From Dehalococcoidales bacterium (GTDB lineage: Bacteria; Chloroflexota; Dehalococcoidia; Dehalococcoidales; RBG-16-60-22), in contig DAOULX010000019.1 in the NCBI GenBank assembly GCA_034414775.1, positions 13,891-77,890 on the forward strand: a DNA stretch of 64,000 nt. Reading direction: 5' to 3'. The position numbers and the translations under genes were made by a program. This document shows positions 54,637 to 63,600 of the stretch, piece after piece. The notes below the pieces were generated by a model, which saw nothing but the letters and a program-made list of their open reading frames with translations, had not been told where the DNA came from and ran no database searches. Within the stretch, counting starts at the first letter, position 1. The number at the start of each line of letters is the position of its first letter.

Positions 54637-54658
54637 TTAATGAAGTAGTTTCAGACCG

Positions 54659-54688
54659 ATTATATCAATCGGATGAGATAGAGTTCAA
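54659..54688 (-). promoter_or_regulatory. Sigma70-like promoter driving the structured leader
   Basis: On the minus strand: TTGAAC (54688-54683), 18-nt spacer, perfect TATAAT (54664-54659). Confidence 0.5.
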
Positions 54689-54694
54689 TGTTTA

Positions 54695-54817
54695 CTATGG
54701 TTGTTTGGGTTCCGTGAGGTAGCCGGCTTCCACCCAGGCGTTAAAACCATCCTTAAGGGGATACACGTCCGTAAAACCGTTATCGAGGAGCATCTGCGCC
54801 GCACGGTATAGAACGGT
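54695..54817 (-). pseudogene. C-terminal remnant of a rhodanese-domain gene
   Basis: The frame reads TVLYRAAQMLLDNGFTDVYPLKDGFNAWVEAGYLTEPKQP and then a stop, which is a rhodanese C-terminal pattern. It is preceded by in-frame TGA codons, and there is no active-site Cys loop and no start codon. Confidence 0.5.
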
Positions 54818-54830
54818 TCATAATGACAAC

Positions 54831-55535
54831 TCAAATCCGTCCCGGTTGTTTCAAATATTTCTTCGTCCAGGGGCAGGCGGCGATGCACATCCCGCATATA
54901 TTATTGTGGACCCCTTCTCTGGTCATTTCAAATTCCTGGGCGGTCCGGCGGCAGGCAAAAGCATCGTACAAAGACTGGCGCGGCATACCCGGCTGCCAGT
55001 TCAGACCGACTATGGCATGACCGGGGCAGATATCGACACAGTCGGTACACTCTCCACATCGGGAGGTCTTTACCGGTTCCCCGGCTTGAAAAGAGGCATC
55101 AGTTAACACGGTAGTGAATCGGACTGCCGGACCGTACTCTTGGGTAATGAGCAGGGCGCACTTGCCGATCCATCCCAGACCGGAGCGAGCGGCTACCGTC
55201 TTGTGAGGGAGTATCGTTGAGAGGGTATCCCAGTCGATGCCGGCATTCGTGGCGGCAATGAACCGGGCCCGGTGCCCCTTCTCCTGGAGAAGTCTGGCGG
55301 CATAACTGCCAAGGTTGTCCAGCTGGCTATTGGCCCGGCGGTATTCATCGTAATACCGCCGGTTTGGGCCGTCTTTAATACCGGCAATAATATCCGGGTC
55401 CAGAGCCACGGCAATGGAAATTCCGAACGGGAAGCCGTCGCGCGCTTTTGGATCTATTTCGTGTAAATCGCCAAACCCGATAAGGCTGGCTCCCTGGGAT
55501 TTCAGGGAATCGGTCACTTCTTCATTCAGAGTCAT
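54831..55535 (-). CDS. QueG-like (epoxyqueuosine reductase-related) 2x[4Fe-4S] protein, short form
   Basis: GLGWIGKCALLITQEYG block. CGECTDCVDICP and CGMCIAACP cluster motifs. Confidence 0.7.
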   Translation of the reverse strand: MTLNEEVTDSLKSQGASLIGFGDLHEIDPKARDGFPFGISIAVALDPDIIAGIKDGPNRRYYDEYRRANSQLDNLGSYAARLLQEKGHRARFIAATNAGIDWDTLSTILPHKTVAARSGLGWIGKCALLITQEYGPAVRFTTVLTDASFQAGEPVKTSRCGECTDCVDICPGHAIVGLNWQPGMPRQSLYDAFACRRTAQEFEMTREGVHNNICGMCIAACPWTKKYLKQPGRI

Positions 55536-55682
55536 GATTGTGTATGATACCAGCAGCGAGCGAGGGTGTCAAAAAGCTGGCCAATGCCTAAATACGATAA
55601 AGATCACAGACAGAGACCTTTTATCGCTCTATCCTGATAATGGAAGGCTGGTGACCGTCCACTCAAGTATGGGTGGAGGACG

Positions 55683-57376
55683 ATGACAAACAAGAAAACG
55701 CAGAACCGGCTCGCCCGTGAAAAAAGCCCCTACCTGGCCCAGCACGCCGATAATCCCGTAGACTGGTATCCGTGGGGAGATGAGGCCTTCGAGAAGGCCG
55801 AAAAGGAAGACAAACCGATTTTCCTTTCTATCGGCTATTCAACCTGTCACTGGTGTCACGTGATGGCGCATGAATCGTTCGAGGACGCGCAGGTAGCCGC
55901 CCTGATGAACGACGCCTTTGTTTCTATCAAAGTTGACCGCGAGGAGCGCCCGGACATCGATATGCTCTATATGCTGGTCTGCCAGATGATGACCGGAAGC
56001 GGCGGCGAAATGGCGGCATCTACGACCATATAGGCTTCGGTTTCCATCGCTATGCGACGGACCGGCAGTGGCTCGTTCCGCATTTTGAGAAGATGCTTTA
56101 CGACCAGGCTTTGCTGGCAACGGCCTACCTCGAGGCTTTTCAGGCGACCGGCAAAGAGGAATACGCCCGGATGGCCCGTAAGATTTTCACCTATGTACTT
56201 CGGGACATGACGGACCCGGCCGGCGGTTTCTATTCGGCCGAAGACGCCGATAGCGAAGGGGAAGAGGGGAAGTTCTACTTATGGACATTGGATGAAATCA
56301 GGCAGGTGCTCTCACCCGGTGAGACTGACTTCGCTGCCAAGACTTTCAACATCAGGGAAAGCGGTAACTTCTCCGATGAAGCCACCGGGCGGAAAACCGG
56401 GAGAAATATTCTTCACCTGACCGGACCATTTGTAGAAACCGACTCCCCAAAAGCGCCTGAGTCTGAAATCCACCGGCAACTGGAATCAATACGGGAGAAA
56501 CTATTTGCGTATCGCGAAAAACGCGTTCATCCCCACAAAGACGATAAAATCCTGGCCGATTGGAATGGTCTCATGATCGCCGCCCTGGCCAGGGGGGCAA
56601 GAATCCTGGGGGAACCCGCCTATGCCACCGCCGCCAAACGGGCCGTTGATTTCATACTCGGATACATGCGCGCTCCGGACGGGAGTCTTTATCACCGCTA
56701 CCGCGACGGCGAGGCTGCTGTTCCGGCCCATCTGGATGACTATGCTTTCCTTATTCAAGGAATGCTGGAACTGTATGAAAACACCTTTGAAGTCGATTAT
56801 CTGAAAATGGCGTTGACACTGAACGAATACCTGCTGAAGCACTTCTGGGACGGAGAAAACGGCGGGTTCTATTTTACCTCCGATGATGGTGAGGACCTGC
56901 TTGTCCGCTAGAAGGAGATTTACGACGGCGCTATCCCTTCGGGGAACTCGGTAGCGATGTTGAACCTGCTTCGCCTGGGCCGGATTACTACCGATCCCGG
57001 TCTGGAAGAGAAGGCCGCTGTTATCGGCCGGGCCTTTTTCGAAAGCGTACGGCAATCACCCGGGGCTCATACTCAACTCCTGACGGCAGTAGACTTCGCC
57101 GTGGGGCCATCATATGAAGTCGTCGTCACCGGGCGTACCAAAGCTGACGATACCGAAAAAATGCTGAAGGCCGTGCGTCGAGAATTCGTACCCAATAAGG
57201 TCGTGCTTTTCGTTCCACCACATGGCGAAGTCTCCGGGATTAGAGAAATCGCCCCGTTTATAGCCAGTATGTCACCCGTCGACGACAAAGCTACTGCTTA
57301 CGTATGCGTCAATTATAACTGCAATCTTCCGACCAATGGTGTGGATACCATGCTTTCCATGTTGAAATCCCCTTAA
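55683..57376 (+). pseudogene. Disrupted thioredoxin-domain/DUF255 (YyaL, SPATA20-like) gene
   Basis: Three collinear pieces. 55683-56033 ends in a frameshift just after MTGSGG. Homology resumes at [33 protein letters not shown] in another frame, with roughly 120-130 aa of the family architecture missing. An in-frame TAG sits at 56909-56911 within LLVR*KEIYDGAIPSGNS. Confidence 0.75.
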
Positions 57377-57406
57377 TATCGGGTTGCTACTGATGGGAAA
57401 GAGCGA

Positions 57407-57556
57407 CTACTGCTTGGGCAGCGTGAAGCTGAAGACGCTACCGTCGCCGCGTCGGCTGGTAGCCGAGATACTACCGCCGTGTGCCTCGACGATGCCGCGT
57501 GATATGCTCAAGCCCGGCCCGGTACCGCGCATCCGGCTAAATGGAATTCTCCGAGG
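57407..57556 (-). pseudogene. Histidine-kinase HATPase_c C-terminal remnant
   Basis: The minus frame reads [44 protein letters not shown] and then a stop. There is no upstream kinase sequence, and a TAG sits 5' of the fragment. Confidence 0.6.
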
Positions 57557-57566
57557 CTATCCTGAA

Positions 57567-57779
57567 GAGCCCCAGCGGCTCATCAAGCAGTGCCTGGGCA
57601 CCTGCTGGGGCGGGGCGATAAACCCTAAAGAGATACACAAGGTCATGGGACTGCCGGATGATATCTTCGTACACAGCCTGCTGCCGCTGGGATATCCCGA
57701 CGAGGACCCCAAACCGAGACTGAGAATAGATCCCAACAAGGTCATTTTCCGGGAACAATACGAACCGCCGGGGGGGTAG
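57567..57779 (+). pseudogene. Nitroreductase-family C-terminal remnant
   Basis: CLGTCWGGAINPKEIHKVMGLPDDIFVHSLLPLGYPDEDPKPRLRIDPNKVIFREQY is the C-terminal third only. The 5' part of track ORF 57384..57779 is antisense to the kinase remnant. Confidence 0.55.
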
Positions 57780-57846
57780 ATTCCCGGGTTATTTTTCAAG
57801 ACCGGACCGGAAGCTTCCTGCCCCAGGTATCCGGTAAATCCGTGCG

Positions 57847-60225
57847 TTATTCCTCCGGCGGCGTCAGGATAAAGAAATCATCCTCAAGCTGTAAGCCGGT
57901 CTCGATGGCTACATCCTCAACAATATTCCTGCCCGACTGCTCATTGCTTGATATCGACCGATAGGGGGTACGGATGCCGTGTACCTCGCGGAAATCTTCC
58001 GACCGCGTGGTAACCGGGATGCCGATGCCCCCTTCCTGGATAGTGATGATATCGGAACGCAATATATCCCCCGTTGCCGCGTCGACATACACCGTCATCG
58101 GCGGCAGGCTACCGGTCTGGAGCTCTATCACATAGACGTCCGTGTCATCGAGGGTATCGGCCCGAACAACCTTAATCGAATCAAAGTAGTCCCGCCAGTC
58201 ACCGGTCAAAACATAAGGATGCCCGATTTTCGCCTGCTCCAGTAACTGGCCGCGCAGTTCTTTGAACGGCGCGAAGCTTGATTCGGTCCAGGCGCGGTCG
58301 CCATTGATTACCGTATGGCTGTAGCCATACTTACCAAAGTCCGAATCGACGCGGTATTTATCCGGGCCGGAGACGTATAAGGAGACCGTACCTCTGACTC
58401 CGGACTGAGCGACGTAGATATTGCTGTCAACCCGGTAGTCACCCATGGCTTCCAGGGCAGCTTCGTTGCCGGCAGTATCGCGGAGGGCCATGATTTCGGC
58501 GACGGTCGGCAGCCGCTTGCTTTCAATCTGCGGCATGACGAACTCCAGGCCGCCCTGGTACATGGTCAGCGATTCCACCCGACCGTCGGAAGTCTCGTTG
58601 AACCTCAGGCTTATTTCCGGTGTAACACGGAAGACCCACCGGCCTTCCCCATCGGGGGGATACAGTTCGTAGGCCATCTGCCCGGGGACATCGATGGCCA
58701 GCCGGTTGTTCTGTATGACGACCTCGGTGGTTAGCGCCAGCTCCTCGGAGCGGTAGCTGCCGAGATACTTTTGCAGTTCATCCAGGGGTATCTCCGGAGC
58801 AATCTCAAAGCCTTCCCTGGGTATTTCGAAGGTCAGGCCGGCCTGGTACAGCTTCATGCCGATAACGTTATCGTCTTCATCACGGTCAAAAGACACGGCG
58901 ATATCGTTGCTGACGACAAAGTACCATTTGCCTTCCTGGTCGGGCTCCTTCAGCTCGAAAACCTGTTGGCCGGGTATATCGATAGCCAGTCGGCCGTTCT
59001 GCACCATCACCGTGAATACTGTGTCACTGAACTGCCCGAAATTGGCGACATAGTTGCCGACGTATGGCTCATAGTCCTCGGTATCTCCGTTAGCGGTGGG
59101 CTCCTCTCCGAGCAGCGTATCCCAGACAACATTGATGACCAGCGGCGGCAGGGGACTCGCCGAGGCGTTGGTAAGCAGAACGAATCCGAGGTCGGATTCC
59201 GGCAGCATGGCTACCTGGGCCGAGAAGCCGTCCACATTGCCGCCGTGCTCTATGACCGGCTGACCTTGCCACTCACGCACCATCCAGCCCATTCCGTAGC
59301 CCACATTCGGAGCAATTTCGATCTGAGTTGTCCAGGTTTCCCGGAGGTTTTCCTCGCTGATGAGGCGCCGGCCCTCGTATTCTCCGCGGCCGAGCTGGAG
59401 ACGGAGCCATTCCGCCATGTCAAGTACGTTGGAGTTTATGGCCCCGGACGGGCCGATATTATCGACATTACGCAAGGGTTTATATTCGTAGGCCTGCAAA
59501 TCTTCATCCCACAGATATCCGGATGCCAGGTGGGAATCTTTTTCCGCTTCCGTTACGGACGTGGTGGTGTCGTCCATATCCAGTGGCTTGAAGATACGGT
59601 CTTCAACAAGTTCGTTCCAGGTAGTACCTTCGACCTTACCGGCAGCTACGCCAGCGGACATGTAAACTACATTGCTGTAATAGAACTTCTCGCCAAGAGG
59701 CGCGTAAGGTTCGGCCTTGGTAGCGTCTTGCAGCACCTCTTCGATGGGGATCTGGCCGCTGGCAAAAAGCAGGCCCATGCGGGGAAAACCGCTACGGTGG
59801 GAAAGCGCGTCACGCACCGTCAGCTGGGCGCTGATGTTATCGCTCTCAACATTCATCTGGAAGTACGGCAGGTAATCGGCTACCGGAGCGTCCCAGTCCA
59901 TCTTACCTTCGTCAACCAGCATGCCGACAAGAGTCGAGGTAAAAGCCTTCGTCGTTGAACCTATTGCGAAAATGGTCTCTGGGGTAACAGGCTTTTCTTT
60001 CTCAACATCAGCGACACCGAAGCCGTGGGTAAGGATTACCTCGTCATCCTTGACCACCGCGATGGCCATTCCTGGTACATTCAGCGTCTGGCGCTGCTGT
60101 TCAAGCTGTTCCACTAGAAGGTCGAGCTTCTGCTGCAATTCCGGGGATACTGTCGGGGTGGTTGGGCCCGAACAACCGGCTAGCAGAATGATACTCAGCA
60201 GCAGAGGTAGAACTAGTTTTTTCAT
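57847..60225 (-). CDS. Serine hydrolase (beta-lactamase/PBP-like) lipoprotein with duplicated DUF3471-like and C-terminal accessory domains
   Basis: Lipobox LLAGC. SxxK motif (GSTTKAF). Two paralogous ~80-aa modules (NGRLAIDIPGQ.. and NNRLAIDVPGQ..). 792 aa. Confidence 0.85.
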   Translation of the reverse strand: MKKLVLPLLLSIILLAGCSGPTTPTVSPELQQKLDLLVEQLEQQRQTLNVPGMAIAVVKDDEVILTHGFGVADVEKEKPVTPETIFAIGSTTKAFTSTLVGMLVDEGKMDWDAPVADYLPYFQMNVESDNISAQLTVRDALSHRSGFPRMGLLFASGQIPIEEVLQDATKAEPYAPLGEKFYYSNVVYMSAGVAAGKVEGTTWNELVEDRIFKPLDMDDTTTSVTEAEKDSHLASGYLWDEDLQAYEYKPLRNVDNIGPSGAINSNVLDMAEWLRLQLGRGEYEGRRLISEENLRETWTTQIEIAPNVGYGMGWMVREWQGQPVIEHGGNVDGFSAQVAMLPESDLGFVLLTNASASPLPPLVINVVWDTLLGEEPTANGDTEDYEPYVGNYVANFGQFSDTVFTVMVQNGRLAIDIPGQQVFELKEPDQEGKWYFVVSNDIAVSFDRDEDDNVIGMKLYQAGLTFEIPREGFEIAPEIPLDELQKYLGSYRSEELALTTEVVIQNNRLAIDVPGQMAYELYPPDGEGRWVFRVTPEISLRFNETSDGRVESLTMYQGGLEFVMPQIESKRLPTVAEIMALRDTAGNEAALEAMGDYRVDSNIYVAQSGVRGTVSLYVSGPDKYRVDSDFGKYGYSHTVINGDRAWTESSFAPFKELRGQLLEQAKIGHPYVLTGDWRDYFDSIKVVRADTLDDTDVYVIELQTGSLPPMTVYVDAATGDILRSDIITIQEGGIGIPVTTRSEDFREVHGIRTPYRSISSNEQSGRNIVEDVAIETGLQLEDDFFILTPPEE

Positions 60226-60285
60226 ATGTTATCTCCTTATACCGTTTCTATTATAGCTTGTTCAGGAACAAAGTTGAAACAATAG

Positions 60286-60483
60286 GGTCGGTGTCAAATA
60301 TACGATGATCATGGTGCAATAAATAACCTGGCATACGAGTTAATCGTTCCGGGATTAGGATTGAGCATCTGCTTTGGTATTGTGACCTCTCACGGTGGGC
60401 GAATCTACGCCGAAGGATATACGGTAAGAGGAACAACTTTGTTCTTGAATTTCCCGTTTTCAACTTGTGATGGTATCTACTAA
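60286..60483 (+). pseudogene. Histidine-kinase HATPase_c remnant
   Basis: The frame reads ..IYDDHGAI..PGLGLSICFGIVTSHGGRIYAEGYTVRGTTLFLNFPF... It has no start codon, is preceded by a TAG, and lies in AT-rich sequence. Confidence 0.55.
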
Positions 60484-60624
60484 ACCAACATTTAACTTCG
60501 TATAGGAATAGATACAACAATATAGGAATTGTTTATACATTTGGTTGAAAATTTTACGGCTTTGTTATGCTTGATGTGGTTTATTTATAGCAGGACTCTG
60601 CTCCCTGAAAAAATGTAGATTCAG

Positions 60625-63600
60625 ATGAGATTTATAGAGTATATCCCCATATTTTTGACAGCCATGGCCCTCGTCATAGCCTTTTTGGTAATGCTTCGTG
60701 CCTGGCGTTACCGGACCCGGCCTCCCGCGCAAGCCTTCCTGTTCTTGATGGCGTCATTAGCCTGGTGGCTGCTCTGCTCAATCATTGAAAATTCGAGCCC
60801 AAATCCGGCGGTCAACGTTTTTTGGATGAACACAAGTTACCTGGGAATCACCACGCTGCCGGTGTTTTGGCTGCTCTTCATTCTGCATTACGCAGACAAT
60901 GGTAGATGGTGGCGGCGGCGCGGTTTGGCGTTTCTTTTTATCTTGCCCGCTATCACCCTGGTCATGGTCTGGACAGATGGTCTGCATCACCTCGTGTGGA
61001 GAAACATACAGCTGGACACCAGCCTGTACCCACCTATAAAAACGCTGGTCTATGGTAGCTGGTACTGGGTGCATGCCGGGTACTCCTACCTTTTACTGAT
61101 CACGGGTAACCTATTACTGTTCCACCGATTACTGAGAAGCTCAGGTATCTACAGGAGACAGGCCGGTATAATGCTGCAGGCGTCGTTCATTCCCTGGATT
61201 GTAAATATCCTTTATATCATCCCTATCGGCCCCAACTTCGGTGTTGATCCCACCCCCATGGCCTTCGTCATCACCAGTGTCGCTTTGTTGGGAGGCCTTA
61301 ACCGCATGAAGCTGCTCAGCATCATGCCGGTGGCCTTTGAGGCTATCTTTAAAAGCATCGGGGATGGCGTTATCGTAATCGACGAACGAAATTACATCCG
61401 CGAGGTTAATCCGGCCGCCGCCGCTATCCTCCAGGCAAAGACAACCGATTTGCTGGGTAAAAAACTCTGCCGGGTGATACCGGCACATGCCTACTCTCAG
61501 GAGAAAATTCCGGAAAGCCGCCTGACAGAGACGGTGATCTCGCTGGTGAATGGCCAGATCCAGCGTTTCTACAAGATGCAGGTATATCGTATTTCCGACA
61601 GGCAAAATGTCAGCGGCAGGGTGGTCCTTCTCCATGATGATACTGAGCGGAGGACTGCGGAAAAAGTAACCAGGGAGAGGGCGCTCCTGGAGACCGAGCT
61701 CAAGGCGAGTACGGAAACACAGCAGGCATTAGCGGATACCAGCCGGAGACTGCAAATCTTGATGGAAGAATCACCGGTAATGATATGCAGCGTTGACATC
61801 GAGGGCCGGTATACCTATATGAATAAAAAATACGAAGAGGTTACCGGGTACCACCGCGAAGAGGTACTGGGTAAAACCGGTTTTAATACCGGTATGTATG
61901 ATAAGGAGACCACGCGGTTACTGAAAGAACGTATGAAAGCCAGGCTCCAGGGCGAAAAATTGGGGCCGCTCGAGGTAAGGTGCCAGCGCTGGGATGGCGA
62001 AGTAATATGGATTTCGACAGTGGCTGAGCCTATCCATGAAGGCAACACAACCATTGGCTTCCAGATAATCGCCCAGGACGTTACCGAGCGGCGCCAGATG
62101 GAGCAAGCCCTGCGTGAATCTGAGGACGCCTTCTCCCGGGCTTTCCGCGCCAGCCCTGACAGGATGGTCATTACCAGGCTTAAGGATGATACATTCGTCG
62201 ATGTCAATGATAGCTACCTCCGTTATGCCGGCTATACCCGGGAACAAGTGATTGGTAAAACTCCTCTCGAATTCAGATCCTGGGCAGACGCGGAGCACCG
62301 TCAGAGGTTGAAAGAGAAGCTGAAGAATGATGGTCATGTTGTTAATGAGGAAGTTGACTTTCGCCTCAAGTCGGGAGAGATACGCACATCGCTTTTCTCG
62401 GCCGAGCCAATTAATATCGGCGGCGAACCTTGCATGATATCCATAGCCACGGACATAACCGAGCGTAAAAAAACCGAACAGCTCCAGAAAGACGAAAATC
62501 ACGTACTCACCCTTCTAAGTCAGGGCGCGGAATTGAGTGAATTATTGGATAGCATCGTCCGACTTGGAGAGGCCCACGATCCCTCTATTCGGGGTTCTAT
62601 ATTACAATTCGATGCCTCTAAAAACCTGCTGTTCGTAGCCGCCGCCCCCAACATACCCGCTGATTACCTGAAGTTACTGGAGGACGGGCTGCTGGTTGGT
62701 CCCAATAAAGGTGCTTGTGGTACTTCCGCTTATCTAAAGGACACGGTGATCGTGCCGGATATAAAAAATAGCCCTTACTTCGAATCAGCGGAAGTTGTCG
62801 AGCGTGCTGTCCGTCACCGGCTGCTGGCTGTCTGGTCGCAGCCTATCCTCGCTTCCAGCGGGGAGGTCCTTGGCATTATCGCTAATTATGCTGACCGCGT
62901 CGGCCTACCGGATGAGGATACCCGGAAAGTACTGGAGTGGTCTACCCGTATTGCCGCCATCGCTATCGAGCGCAAGATGGCTGAAAGGGCCCGGGCCGAT
63001 GAAGCGATTCGCCGGCGCATCCTGATGGAGCAGTCCAGTGATGGTATTTTCGTGATTGATGAACAAGGACAGGTCTACGAGGCCAACCAGCGCTTTGCGG
63101 AAATGTTAGGGTACTCGATGGAAGAGGTCCGCCATCTGGGAGTGTGGGACTGGGAAGCAAGCTATCCCCGTGAAAAAGTCGCCGAAATGCTCCAAAGTGT
63201 CGATGAAAAAGGTGACCACTTCGAAACGAAGCACGTCCGAAAAGACGGCAGTCTCTATGATGTTGAGATCAGCACTAATGGTGCAATCATCGGGGGTCAA
63301 AAGCTAATTTTTTGCGTTTGCCGCGATATCACCGAGCGGAAGCGGGCGGAGGCAGCCCTGAGAGAATCCGAAGAGAAGTTCTCCAAGGCCTTCCGCTCCA
63401 GCCCTAATTCAATCTGCATAGGCACGTTGAAGGACGGAACGTTTCTTGAAGTCAACGATAGCTTTACACGAGATAACGGCTGGACTCGCGAAGAGGTCAT
63501 CGGCCGCAGTTCTAGATCCTTAAATATGTGGGCAAAGCCTGAGGAGCATGCCAGGATAATGCGAAAGCTGGTAAAGGATGGAAGGGTGGTGAACGAAGAA

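Noticed and set aside
54818-54820. The TGA just upstream of the rhodanese fragment, considered as a selenocysteine codon.
   Set aside because: The TGA does not align with the rhodanese active-site Cys position (it is offset by about 3 residues). A second in-frame TGA lies further upstream, and no start codon or catalytic loop is present.
56909-56911. The in-frame TAG in yyaL, considered as recoding (pyrrolysine or readthrough).
   Set aside because: The same gene also carries a frameshift and a large deletion. No pyl genes are in the window. Simple inactivation is more parsimonious.
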